From assembly GCF_006345805.1 (NCBI RefSeq), contig NC_043000.1, positions 17,670,001 through 17,734,000 of the forward strand: a DNA stretch of 64,000 nt, read 5' to 3'. Made by a program: the position numbers and the translations under genes. Positions 26,649 through 40,278 of this stretch are shown here, piece after piece. Within the stretch, counting starts at the first letter, position 1. Each line of letters starts with the position of its first letter. This DNA comes from Octopus sinensis (Eukaryota). The notes under the pieces are model-generated. The model searched no databases, had not been told where the DNA came from, and was given only the letters and a program-made list of their open reading frames with translations.

Positions 26649-27498
26649 GATGATGGTAGTGGTGGTGGTAGGGACAATGCTGTTGATGATGGTGACGATG
26701 ATGATGATGACGATGATGATGACGATGATGATGATGATGATAATGATGATGATGATGATGGTGATGGTGATGGTGATGATGATGACGATGATGATGGAGA
26801 TGATGGTAGTGGTGGTGGTAGGGACAATGCTGTTGATGATGATGATGATGATGGGGGGGCCTAGTGTTTGTGGTGGTAATGGTTGTGGTGGTGGTGACTA
26901 TTTGAACAATAAGGACAAGTGTTAGTGGTGATGCTGATTGCTGTCTTGGTAGATGATGATGATGATGATGATGATGATAGTGTTGTTGTTGTTGTAGTTG
27001 TTATTGGTGGTGTTGGTGGCAATAGGGGTCTTTATCTTATTTCTGGAATGGTGGAGTGGCGGGGGGGGGGGCATGCAGGGGGGCAGGGGGAGCTGGACTC
27101 AGTACTAAGAGTCATTTCAAGAATGTCTGTTTGAGTTTAAAGCCTTGAACAGTCTGTTCTGTAGAGCATTTATTATGTGTTAGACCCAAAACATTTTTCC
27201 TTAAAATTCCTGTCAGTAAGTAAATAAGTGTAGCAAAAGTCACATTACTCAGCAATTTCAAGGTTTCAAATGTTGGAAAGAAAAAAATAAACAAAAAAAA
27301 AAAAAAGGAAAAAAACCCCAACAAAACAGAAAACATTCCAATGGAAGGTGTGGTATACCTCACTGTCTTTGGTGAATCCTTGTAGAATATTTAGTCTTTA
27401 ATTATCTCCAAAACACTCCTTATAGTCTCAGAAGTACTTTATTTATTTCTTAGAGGAAATATTTTCTCTTTAGTAGCTTTTAGTTTTTATTTATCTAT

Positions 27499-27529
<31 letters not shown>

Positions 27530-30500
27530 TTGAAATTCTTTTTAAGTCATTATATTTTTTTCTTTATTTTATTCATGTGATTTATTTTTCCTTCCCAGAA
27601 TTTTTACAGACTTAATATAACCTGATGTCAGTTTGTAAGGGATATTCAATGGTGGATTCTACTGTAACATATACCTTCCAGCTTGCAATACGCTTACATG
27701 AGTTTTTCGTGTAAGCTATTACCACAAGAAATACACAAATAAATACATAAATAATACAAGCATTGCAAATAAAAAAAAAAAAAAAGGCTGACCAAAATAT
27801 CAGGAAATTTAAAGGAAATTTCAGATTCTGGATTGATAGCTTTCAAATAATTCACAAACAAAATAGCTTTGAGAAAAATTGTGGCGGAATACATTGGAAC
27901 ATAGAGAGGGGGGACGGGAGAGAGAGAGAGAGAGGCAGACAGACAGACAGACAGAGTTCAATTTCAGAAAAAACTAGCAGAAGAAAACATGAACCTAACT
28001 ACCATTCCACAAACAAAAATCTCAATTTCAGAAACAAATTAACCTTTTTGTTACCATATTTCTGTTGAAATACAGTGCTTTTGTTTCAATTAATTTTGAA
28101 AATAAGGAAGAATTTAGTAAAATAATTTTGTCATTACTAATCTAGTGTTTGGAGTATAAATTAACTGTTTCCAAGTGCCTCCCCCTATTGGGAGTTTTAA
28201 ATTGTTACTTATTTTCGTTTGTTAACCTGTTTTTTACACGGTCCGTTTTTTTAAAACAGACAAAAACTTTGTAAACTTTCGTCATGTTTTGTCCCTTAAT
28301 GTTTTTAATCAATTTTTGTCAGCCCTTGTAGCCAATAAAACGAATTAATTATTATTATTAAGGTCACTGCCTGAAATTGAACTTGTAATCTTGAGGTTAG
28401 TAGCCTGCACTCTTAACCACTATGCCATATGCCATTATGGAGTGAATTGTAAATAATGTAAATAATGTACATAATTCCTCATTTTTGAGGGTAAGTTTTA
28501 ATTAATTTTGAGGGTAAGTTTTAATTTAAATCACTGTAAAACAGAGTTAACTTCATAGAACAAAGGGTAGTCTCAGGTGGGTTGGTATCAAAATGGTATC
28601 TAAGGCGGCGAGCTGGCAGAAACGTTAGCACGCTGGGCGAAATGCTTAGCCGTAATTCGTCTGTCGTTATGTTGTGAGTTCAAATTCCGCCGAAGTCGAC
28701 TTTGCCTTTCATCCTTTCGGGGTCGATAAGTTAAGTACCAGTTACGCACTGGGGTCGATGTAATCGACTTAATGCCTATGTCTGTCTTTGACCCTTCTAT
28801 GTTTAGCCCCTTGTGGGTAATAAAGAAATAGGTATCAAAAGGATTACTGTAAGATTCAAAGCTAAATTATGAAAAATTCCAATGTGAGAATGAATTAGAA
28901 ACAGTATTAGGTTCTTAGTGATAATCAGGGACTGTGGTGTGTCTTTTCAAGTGCATGTTACAATGCTTTGCAGCAACTGTTGGCATCTGATATGATGGAT
29001 CATGCAGACACTCACAAAAAAACAATCAGAGTATCATGATTTCTTAGGGAATATTCATTTTCAGCTGACTTGATTATGTAGAGTTTAGTAGAAGCCTGAA
29101 AATTGAACATTCCCCTTACCCCTACTGAGTTCACTGGTACTTAAGACATTTACCTCAGACTTACAGTACACACACACTCACACATGTACATATATGGTAT
29201 ATGTATATATGTTTGGTTCACATGGAACTTTAACAGTTTTACTATATTTATATATTTTAATCACCATTAAAAGTATATACCCATATATCGAGTTCTATTG
29301 TTTTACTACCAAGCCTATACACACACACACACACATACACACACACCTATACATACATACATACACACATACATACATACATACATACACACACACATAC
29401 ATACATACATACATACATACACACACACATACATACATACATACATACACACATACACACATACACACATACACATACATACATACATACATACATACAT
29501 ACATACATACTTACATACACATACACATACATACATACATACATACATACACACATACATACACATACATACATACACACATACACACATACACATACAT
29601 ACACATACATACATACACACATACATACATACATACACACATACACACATACATACATACACATACATACATACATACACACATACATACATACATACAT
29701 ACATACATACATACATAGTGATTGCTGCATCTTCACAGTTGATTGCCATCTCTCTGAGCTTCCTCATTGTCATTTGCATTTCTAGCACTCCGTCTATGAC
29801 TTCTCAGATGACTATTCAGTCCCACTGAAGATCTGTGTGCTTTGAAACATTTGTGCACTTGTAGCACCCCAACCATTTCATGATGGCCCCATGAAATTCC
29901 TCCAAAGTAAAAAGGTGTCCAGGGTCCATGTCACAGCCACCCTGATCTTCTTTGATATGTGTGGTGTTAGTGGTGTTATGGGCTGTGATGAGCTATGTGG
30001 TGTTGGTGGAGGGGATTGCAGATGAGGTAGACGGATGTGAAGACTGCAGGGGGCTGTGGGACAGCCACGGGGCATGCATGGGCAGGAAGCGCATGTGGTC
30101 AGTTCGAGCAGAAACGGCAGCGTGCAAGGACGTGTTATTTCTTGACAGTGATCGCTCATCTCGCTAAGGTCAACAGGTAAGGTCTTTGAATTTCTTTCTC
30201 CTGTTTGCTTTTTCTGTCGTCCTTTTCCTCCATCACACTACAGTGTGTTTAAATTAACTGCCCTAAGGTTCTCCTTCCACTTGGAAAGCTCATAGGAAGC
30301 AAGGTCTAGGCTGTAGGGAGGGAAAGTGAACAAAAGCTGGTTATCAGGATGGAATTGTATCAAAAAGGAAGATCATCAAGTGCTTCCCAGTACATTTGCT
30401 TTACCTGGCCTTGTTGAGTCTGGGGGAGCCGGGACGCTTCCATGGGGCACTCTGTTTCTTGGTCTCTGAATCATAACTATGGATCCATCTTCGTCACAGG

Positions 30501-30859
30501 TCACCTGTGACTCAAGTGCTCTTGGATTAGAGGTAATGAGCTTAACCATCTCCCTGCTGCCACCAGCATGTCTTTTTTCTCTTCATCACTGAGCATTCTG
30601 GGAACAAACTGCACACATTTTGTACATGTTCAGATCTTCATGAATAATTCTGTGTACAGTTTCCACACCAACTTCATATTGTATGCTTGATGATTTTTTA
30701 TTCAGAAAATCAAGGACTTTTCCCAACCAGCTCTGATGTTCTGATGTTCCTCTCCCTCCCACACTTTTCATCATCTCTTACCTCCACTTTGCTGTCCTTG
30801 AATCTCTTGTGCCAACAAAAAAAAAAAAGAAAGAAAGAATAAAGATGATCAGCTAATAC

Positions 30860-31152
30860 TAATTACAGTTCTATATTTAAGAGATGAGGAATTATGTACA
30901 TTATTTACATTATTTGCAATTCACTCTATAATGGCATATGGCGTAGTGGTTAAGAGCATGGGCTACTAACCCCAAGATACTGAGTTTGATTCCAGGCAGT
31001 GACCTGAATAACAACAACAACAACATCGAAAAATACCTTAGGAATGAGAACCCAGGTTCGAAATTTCCCCAAGACACCTGATGAAGGCTGGAGGGTATAT
31101 CAGCTGAAACGTTGTGTTAACAACAAACAAGATGAAGGCAAATATCCGTCAT
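30860..31152 (+). mobile_element. tRNA-headed, hammerhead-bearing element (Penelope-associated type); partial inverted copy at about 28360-28482
   Basis: Box A TGGCGTAGTGG 30939-30949, box B-like GAGTTTGATTCC 30982-30993, (AAC)n, then hammerhead core; the 28.4-kb copy shares the head and upstream atgaggaattatgtacattatttac. Confidence 0.7.
31073..31118 (+). ncRNA. Minimal type I hammerhead ribozyme motif
   Basis: Stem I GACAC/GUGUU; CUGAUGA 31078-31084; stem II GGCUG/CAGCU; GAAAC 31106-31110; palindromic stem III AACGUU; predicted cut after GUU (31113). Confidence 0.7.
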
Positions 31153-32231
31153 ACTCTTTTACTCTTTTACTTGTTTCAGTCATTTGACTGCGGCCATGCT
31201 GGAGCACCGCCTTTAGTCGAACAACTCGACCCCGGGACTTATTCTTTGTAAGCCTAGTACTAATTCTATTGGTCTCTTTTGCTGAACCGCTAAGTGACGG
31301 GGAGGTAAACACACCAGCATCGGTTGTCAAGCAATGCTAGGGGAACAAACACAGACACACAAACACACACGCATATATATATATACATATATACGACGGG
31401 CTTCTTTCAGTTTCCGTCTACCAAATCCACTCACAAGGCTTTGGTCGGCCCGAGGCTATAGCAGAAGACACTTGCCCAAGATGCCACGCAGTGGGACTGA
31501 ACCCGGAACCATGTGGTTGGTTAGCAAGCTACTTACCACACAGCCACTCCTGCGCCTATCATGAGTTTCTGTAGCATTCTTGCCCAGTTTAACACAAAAT
31601 TTTATTGCATAGAGCACTTCCAAATTGTCTTCATGTCCTGACTGCATTCTGCAAACTAGTTAGCTGTCACAAGCAGTGTTTAGTAAGCCACCTCCTTCAA
31701 TCTGGAATATAAAAAAAGTTGGCAGGTCAGCTTATTAGATGTATAGTTGTGATATTCTAAAATTACAATAATCTAGGATAATCACAACTGCCATGCTTAA
31801 AATATGACTCAAAACTTCTATGGCTGTGTGGTAAGTAGCTTGCTAACCAACCACATGGTTCCGGGTTCAGTCCCACTGCGTGGCATCTTGGGCAAGTGTC
31901 TTCTGCTATAGCCTCGGGCCGACCAATGCCTTGTGAGTGGATTTGGTAGACGGAAACTGAAAGAAGCCTGTCGTATATATGTATATATATATGTATGTGT
32001 GTGTATGTGTTTGTGTTTGTGTGTTTGTCCCCCTAGCATTGCTTGACAACCGATGCTGGTGTGTTTACGTCCTCGTCACTTAGCAGTTCGGCAAAAGAGA
32101 TCGATAGAATAAGTACTAGGCTTACAAAGAATAAGTCCCGGAGTCAATTTGCTCGACTAAAGGTGGTGCTCCAGCATGGCCACAGTCAAATGACTGAAAC
32201 AAGTAAAAGAGTAAAGAGTAATATGTATATA

Positions 32232-33022
32232 TTGGGTCAGCCCATAAATAATGTGTCTTTTTCAATTGCATGAACTAAAAGTCGGAGGGGGTCAGGATAA
32301 ACTGGCTGCATCAACTTGCTAAAAAAGCAGGTAGTAATTTTACTTTCTGCTTATTCATGGTGCAAGTTTTGAAGAGTGCAGTTCGATTTTAACAGTTATT
32401 TTTCATAGCTATAATGGAAGTGACAAAGGTGCATACACTTGCGTCGGAAATTAATTAGCACTTCTCAAATTTCTACATTTTCTTATTATCAGAAACGAAC
32501 TCGTTTTTAATCAAAAATTTATTAAAACATATCCCAGCATACCACATAATTGTTATTAATCGTGAAATTTAGTCAATATCTTGTTGCACCTCCTTTGGCA
32601 GCAATGACAGCTGCTACGCGGGTCGGCATGCTGTCTATGAGTGCCTGCAGGTACTGTGCAGGGTTGGCCCCTCATGCAGCAAGAAGTGCCCCAAACAGCT
32701 CGTGTCGGTTCCTGTATTGCTGCACATTCAAATCCCTACCCAATCGACTCCAGAGGTTCTCAATAGGGTTCAGGTCAGGTGACTGGCCAGCACGTACTCC
32801 TCGCCACCAAAGAGGTATCCCGTACTATCTCAACGTACTTTGCTGCGTTGATGTTGCCTTCGACGGCATAGAGCCGCCCAACACCACTGTAGCTGAACGC
32901 CCCTCACACCATCAGACCACCCCCACCATGCTTCATGGAGAGCAAATCAAGGGTGCTAATTAATTTCTGACGGTAGTGTATACAGCATATTTTGCATTAT
33001 AAGTTCAATAAAGGCAACAGTG
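32232..33022 (+). mobile_element. mariner 5' fragment hosting the Tc1 insertion
   Basis: TA-ttgggtcagcccataa terminus; ATG at 32414; removing the Tc1 plus one TA gives MEVTKVHIQHILHYKFNKGNS, a mariner-type N-terminus. Confidence 0.75.
32436..32978 (-). mobile_element. Internally deleted Tc1 element with intact TIRs
   Basis: About 27-bp TIRs cac(ttg/tac)cgtc(g/a)gaaattaattagcac, TA on both sides; minus strand MKHGGGGLMV*GAFSYSG and SPDLNPIENLW...SMPTRVAAVIAAKGGATRY. Confidence 0.9.
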
Positions 33023-33238
33023 TTCATATCTACACTATCCACTTGTAATAACAAAATATGAACTCCCATCGGAATCTACATACCATGGACAAGAAGCATT
33101 TCTATCCATTCTACACATATATTTTTATTTTTATTTTTATTCTCTTATTTCCCTTTATTCTTCCTATATCCATCCTTTTCCAAAATAACTCCTTGTATTG
33201 AACTCTACTATTTCCCTCTAGTTAATTCTCTCATGTCA

Positions 33239-33285
33239 TCTCTGATGAAGGGATATCCCTAACATCCCAGAAACAGCTGTAAGAC
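33239..33285 (+). ncRNA. Degenerate minimal hammerhead motif
   Basis: CUGAUGA 33242-33248, GGGAU/AUCCC stem II, GAAAC 33270-33274, palindrome ACAGCUGU, GUA triplet; stem I only 3 bp. Confidence 0.5.
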
Positions 33286-33604
33286 TACCTTTCTCTTTAT
33301 AAATGTCTTATAAATTCCACACAGCCTTGGCTTTGTTGTCTCATTTTATTTAACATATACATGCTCACACAAGACCCACATTAGACTCCTCACTCATATT
33401 ATTATCGACCCTTGAGTCTAACTATGGTCTTCCCATAACACTTACATAACCTTACCTACCATCTTGGATCTTCAGGATACCAACACCTCTCACCTTATGT
33501 TATATAATATTCTGTTATGTTATATTATATTCATATTTAATGTAATATTGTAATATAAATAAATTATTGGATTGTCAATAGTATATCTATATTTAATTTA
33601 TTTT

Positions 33605-33651
<47 letters not shown>

Positions 33652-33680
33652 TGGAAGGTTTGGAGATGATGTACAGGTAT

Positions 33681-33923
33681 TATATATTAGAAGAAATGAG
33701 GTAATCAGAAGATCGGATGGTTTATATTTACAGATATTTATTTATATATTACATTTTTTACATATATATTAGCGCCTTCTCCATTCTAGGGGGTTTTCAA
33801 ATCAAAAATTTGATTTGAAAACCCCACTAGAATGGGAGAAAGCGCTAATATATATGTAAAAAATGTAATAAATAAATAAATATCTGTAAATATAACCATC
33901 CGATCTTCTGATTACCTCATTTC

Positions 33924-33935
<12 letters not shown>
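33681..33935. repeat. ~255-bp near-perfect palindrome in (TA)n
   Basis: About 126-bp arms meeting at 33807-33808 with few mismatches. Confidence 0.95.
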
Positions 33936-33956
<21 letters not shown>

Positions 33957-33981
33957 TGAGTGTGTGTAAGTGTGTGTACAA

Positions 33982-34030
<49 letters not shown>

Positions 34031-34221
34031 ATATAATATATATATTATATATATATATACACTCACGGAGTGGTTGGCGTTAGGAAGGGCATCCAGCTGT
34101 AGAAACATTGCCAAATTAGACTGGAGCCTGGTGCAGCCTTCTGGCTTCCCAGAACCCCGGTCGAACCGTCCAACCATGCTAGCATGGAGAACGGACGTTA
34201 AACGACGATGATGATGATGAT

Positions 34222-34282
<61 letters not shown>

Positions 34283-34486
34283 TATATATATACACTCAAG
34301 AAACGATTGTAGTGGCGGTTTTTTTGACTATTTATTAAAATTTTATGTATTAATAAGTCTTTCCTTGTTTGTTTTGCAAAATAGTGGTTTTGTCTCGAAT
34401 AATATTTTATAATATTTTAATATAAAATCGATTTAATCCTAAATCTGATTTTTTCCCTGTAAATGGATTTATTCCCTAATATTTAT

Positions 34487-34549
<63 letters not shown>

Positions 34550-35602
34550 TGCAGACATAGCTGTGTGGTAAGAAGCTTACTTCTGGGCAACATGATTCTG
34601 GGTTCAGTCCCACTGCAGGGCACCTTGAGGAAGCTTTGGTCCAACCAACAAGGCCTTGTGAGTGAATTTGGTAGGTGGAAACTGAAAGAAGGCCCATCAT
34701 ATATATATGCATTTATATTTATTTGATATATTTGTGTGTGCCTTAGTGTCTGTGTTTGCCCCCCCCACCCCCGCCCCCACCACCATGTGACAACTGGTGT
34801 TGGTATGTTTATGTTCCCGTAACTTTGCTGTTCAGCAAAAGTGGCTGATAGAATAAGTATCAGGCTTAACAAAAAATAAGTACTGGAGTCAATTCATTGA
34901 ACTAAAAGAAAATGTTCAAGGTGGTGCTCCAGCATGTCCGCAGTCAAATGAATGAAACAAGTAAAAGAGTAAAAGAATATGTTTCTCGGTTATGAATTTG
35001 TGTTGCAAGATTCCTGATGTGAAACCATGTGTTGAAACGGATATTGTTGTACTTCAGGCTGGTCATTTCTTTTTTTTTTTTTGCCAAATAAACACACACT
35101 ATACTCTTTTACTCTTTTACTTGTTTCAGTCATTTGACTGCGGCCATACTGGAGCACCGCCTTTAATCGAGCAACTCGACCCCGGGACTTATTCTTTGTA
35201 AGCCCAGTACTTATTCTATCGGTCTCTTTTTGCCGAACCGCTAAGTGACGGGGACATAAACACACCAGCTTCGGTTGTCAAGCAATGCTAGGGGGACAAA
35301 CACAGACACAAAAACATACACGCATATATATATATTGATTGATTGATTGATTCTAGTTTCAGCTTATGAGCTGTGGCCATGCTGGGGCACCGCCATTATA
35401 TATATATACATATATACGACAGGCTTCTTTCAGTTTCCGTCTACCAAATCCACTCACAAAGCTTTGGTCGGCCTGAGGCTATAGTAGAAGACACTTGCCC
35501 AAGGTGCCATGCAGTGGGACTGAACCCGGAACCATGTGGTTGGTAAACAAGCTACTTACCACACAGCCACTCCTGCGCCTATATATTTGTTTTTTATATG
35601 CT

Positions 35603-35832
35603 TATTACTGTTCTCATTTTAACTTGTGTCCATTATCCAGAAATCTTTCATCACACATCTGTGACCTCTTCAGCAACACCTTCAGTCTTCGTGTGTACTC
35701 CTGTTCCACTTAGTCCATTCTCTAATGGGAGCAGGAGCACACACGAGGATGGAAAGTGTTGCAGAAGTGGTCACAGATGTGTGACAAAAGATTTCCAGAC
35801 AATGGACATCAGTTAAAATAAGAACAGTAATA
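35603..35832. repeat. Older ~230-bp fold-back (MITE-like, TA ends)
   Basis: Arms tattactgttct...ccacttag and ctaatggg...agaacagtaata; about 80% match in the inner 86 bp; 8-nt loop. Confidence 0.85.
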
Positions 35833-37108
35833 GACGAGTGAAGAATGAATATACAGGGCGTGTGTGTTTATTTGGCAAAAGCAAAATGACCATCCCAAAA
35901 TACAACACTATATAAGTCTATTTTAAAATAAACAATATGTCATTATCGTTATTTCAACGTCCACTTACCCATGCTTGCATGGATTGGATGGAATTTGTTG
36001 GGGCAGATTTTCTAATGTGGATGACCTTCCTGTCACCAACACACACCTCATTCCAAGTAAGGTGATATTTACCCATGACCAGACATGTCTCAGAAGATTG
36101 GAAATGAAAGATGCCTGATGGTGACACTCACCGCTAACTCACAATGTCAAGGCCAGGAGACAGTAACATACACACACATACAAACATGCACACACTTACA
36201 CACACACACACCACACACACACACACACAGTGGGCTTAATTTAGTTTCTGTCTACCAAATCCATTTATAAGGATTCACTCTTTCATTTGTTTTAGTCATT
36301 TGACTGCGGCCATGCTAGAGCACCGTCTTTAGTCGAGCAAATCGACCCCAGGACTTATTCTTTGTAAGCCTAGTACTTATTCTATCGGACTCTGTTGCTG
36401 AACCGCTAAGTTACGGGGACACAAACACACCAGCATCGGTTGTCAAGCGATGTGGGGTGGGGGGCAAACACAGACACAAACATACACACACACATACATA
36501 TTTATATATATATACATATATACGACGGGCTTCTTCCAAATCCACTCACAAGGCTTTGGTCGGCCCGAGGCTATAGTAGAAGACACTTGCCCACGGTGCC
36601 AAGCAGTGGGACTGAACCTGGAACCATGTGGTTGGTAAGCAAGCTACTTACTATACAGCCACTCCTGCGCCTTTGGAAAGCTAGCAGTTGTCCATTGCAG
36701 GTCTTTTCTTTCTATGTTACCAATATTAGTTGAAAAGCAAAAGAGAGATTATATAACTTTGCACTAGTGTTGCTTCGGGAATTGCCAGAAAGTAATTGAA
36801 GACAACACTGGATCTGCCTCAGAAAATTCAGCTCCTAATTTGTAGGCAATTAAATTGATCCACCACATTTGTTTGATAGTGGCACTATTTGGTTTTATTA
36901 ACCACAGGAGGACAAAAGCAAGGTTGACCTCATCAGGATATAAATGTAGAATGAAAAGAGCCATTACAAATGCACAATTGCTGCGAGGCGTTTTGTCCAG
37001 TGCTCTAGCAATTCTGCCATCGATCACTTTCTCTCTCCCTCTCTCTCTCATACACACACACACACACATCTGTGTATTTGTGTGTGTGCATGTGTACATG
37101 TCTATATA

Positions 37109-37171
<63 letters not shown>

Positions 37172-37596
37172 TACTCTTTTACTCTTTTATTGGTTTCAGC
37201 CATTGACTGCGGCCATGCTGGAGCACCGCTTTAGTCGAGCATATCGACCACGGGACTTATTCTTTGTAAGCCCAGTACTTATTCTACCGGTCTCTTTTGC
37301 CGAACCGCTAAGTGACGGGGACATAAAAAACCCATCGGTTGTCAAGCAATGCTAGGGGGACAAACACAGACCAACAAATACACACACATACACACTATAC
37401 ACATACATATATATTATATATACATATATACGACAGGCTTCTTTCAGTTTCCGTCTACCAAATCCACTCGCAAGGCATTAATCACCCGGGGCTATAGCAG
37501 AAGACACTTGCCCAAGATGCCACACAGGGACTGAACCCGGAACCATGTGGTTGGTTAGCAAGCTACTTACCACACAGCCACTCCTGTGCCTATATA

Positions 37597-37642
<46 letters not shown>

Positions 37643-37661
37643 TATATATATATATATGATA

Positions 37662-37708
<47 letters not shown>

Positions 37709-37743
37709 ACCCCGATATATGTTAGATATTATATATGTATATT

Positions 37744-37797
<54 letters not shown>

Positions 37798-37814
37798 GTA
37801 TATATGTATATATG

Positions 37815-37845
<31 letters not shown>

Positions 37846-38183
37846 TATATTATGTATATATATATTATATATATATATGTGTGTGTGTATATATATACAT
37901 GCACACACATGCACATACATGCATGGACACACATGCACGTGCACAAAACCCATCTCTTATCAGACAAAGACGTTTACTACCCTTTGTTTCATAGGAAAAT
38001 TTATGAGAAATTAAAAATATTATATTGATTACAAAAGTGACTGTTATTTCATACTACATCAAAACATGGCCGATGTAGTCCGCAGACAAATGTAAACTTG
38101 CTACGACACATTTAACACTTCACAATCTGTACTACGCACAATCTGTACCATGCACAATCTCTGGACAAAACTCAGTCTCTAGC

Positions 38184-38226
<43 letters not shown>

Positions 38227-38289
38227 TGTATACACATATTGATTTGGGATGAGATATATATTAATATTTCATAAATACAAACCACAACT

Positions 38290-38765
38290 TGCTCTCTCTC
38301 TCTCTCTCACACTCATTCCTTCTCTCTCTCTCTTTCACTCATTCCATCTTTCTCTCTCTCTCTCTCTCGCATCTCTCTCTCTTCGTCTCTCTCCTCTCAT
38401 CTCTCTCTCTCCCATCTCTCTCTCTCTCATCTCTCACTCTTCTCTCTCTCTCTCTCTCTTCTCTCCCTCTCTCATCTCTCTCTCTCTTCTCTCTCTCTCT
38501 CATCTCTCTCTCATCTCTCTCTCTCACTCATCTCTCTCTCTCTCTCATCTCTCATTCTCATCTCTCTCTCTCATCTCTCTCTCTCATCTCTCTTCTCTCT
38601 CAGCCTCTCTCTCATCTCTCTTTCTCCATCTCTCTCTCTCTTCATCTCTCCTCTCTCATCTCTCACTCTCATCTCTCTCTCTCTCTTCTCTCATTCTCAT
38701 CTCTTCTCTCATCTCTCTCTCATCTCTCTCTCTCTCATCTCTCTCTCTCATCTCTCTTTCTCTCA

Positions 38766-38796
<31 letters not shown>

Positions 38797-38970
38797 CTCT
38801 CACTCTCATCTCTCTCTCTCTCTTCTCTCCCTCTCTCATCTCTCTCATCTCTCTCTCTCTCTCATCTCTCTCTCTCACTCATCTCTCTCTCTCTCATCTC
38901 TCTCTCTCATCTCTCTCTCATCTCTCTCTCTCTCATCTTTCTTTCTCTCATTCCTCTATCTCTCACTCTC
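38290..38970. repeat. Imperfect (CT)n/CAT polypyrimidine tract
   Basis: Direct reading. Confidence 0.95.
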
Positions 38971-39324
38971 ACACTTTCTGTATAAAAATGTAGGCTGATG
39001 CACACACATATGCGCACACTTGTGCACATGCACACACACGCACATGCACACACACACGCACACACACACATGTATGTATTTCAGTCCGGTAGTTGTGCAT
39101 GTATGAATGAATGTATGCATGTGCGTATGAATGTATGTTTGTCTGTATGCGTGCATGTATGTGTATAAGTATATATATGCATATGTGTGTATATTCATTC
39201 ATTCATCTACTCTGTGTCTGTTTTCCATGCAAACGTGTGTGCTTGTGTGAGATTGTGTGTATGTGTGCATGTGTGTGTATATATCTGTATGTGCTTGTGT
39301 CTATGCCTGTGCATATGAATTGCT

Positions 39325-40278
39325 ATCATCATCCTCATCATCCTCATCATCCTCATCCTCATCATCATCATCCTCATCATCATCATCATCATCATCTTCA
39401 TCATCATCATCATCATCTTCATCATCATCATCATCTTCATCATCATCATCATCATCATCATCATCGTCGTCGTCATCATCATTATCATCCTCCTCCTCCT
39501 CCTCCTCCTCATCATCATCATCATCCTCATCATCCTCATCATCATCCTCATCATCATCATCATCATCCTCATCCTCATCATCATCATCATCATCCTCATC
39601 ATCATCATCATCATCATCATCCTCATCATCATCATCATCATCCTCATCATCATCATCATCTCACTCATCATCATCAATCATCATTCATCCTCATCCTCAC
39701 ACCTATCATCATCATCTCATCTCATCATCATCATCATCTTCATCATCATCATCATCATCATCTCATCATCATCATCATCTTCATCATATCATCATCTCAT
39801 CATCATCGTCGCGTCATCATTATAATCATTACCTCATCCTCCTCCTCTCATCATCATCATCCTCATCATCCTCATCATCATCCTCATCATCATCATATCA
39901 TCCTCATCCTCATCATCATAATCATCATCCTCATCATCATAATCATCATCATCATCCTATCCTCATCATCATAATCATCATCCTCATCATCATCATCATC
40001 ATCATCTTCATCATCTCATCATCATCATCTTCATCATCATCATCTTCATTCATCATATCATCATTCATCATCATCGTCGTCGTCATCATCATTATCATCA
40101 TCCTCCTCCTCCTCCTCCTCCTCCTCCTCATCATCATCATCCTCATCCTCATCCTCATCATCATCATCATCATCCTCATCATCATCATCATCATCGCTCA
40201 TCATCATCATCATCATCCTCATCATCATCCTCATCATCATCATCATCATCATCATCATCACCATCATCATCATCATCG
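39325..40278. repeat. Long imperfect (CAT)n; similar tracts 42471-42900, 26400-26850 (GAT), 2742-2962 (GAT/GGT)
   Basis: Direct reading; source of the poly-H/S/I/M/D ORFs. Confidence 0.95.

Larger units (their letters stand above)
30230..31710 (-). mobile_element. Fragmented mariner transposase remnant (about 31560-31710 and 30230-30830), split by later insertions
   Basis: YAIKFCVKLGKNATETH, VHRIIHEDLNMYKMCA, VTCDE-WIHSYD, PYSLDLAS motifs on the minus strand. Confidence 0.75.

Noticed and set aside
29952-30167. Signal-peptide-like ORF with Cys residues and GRKR (neuropeptide-like)
   Set aside because: Starts at TTG just after an in-frame stop; the hydrophobic stretch comes from gtg/gtt-rich repeats; no recognisable family.
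37590-40278. Irregular interruptions in long TA/CT/CAT tracts as a coded pattern
   Set aside because: Pattern resembles slippage or long-read indel noise; no higher-order period found.
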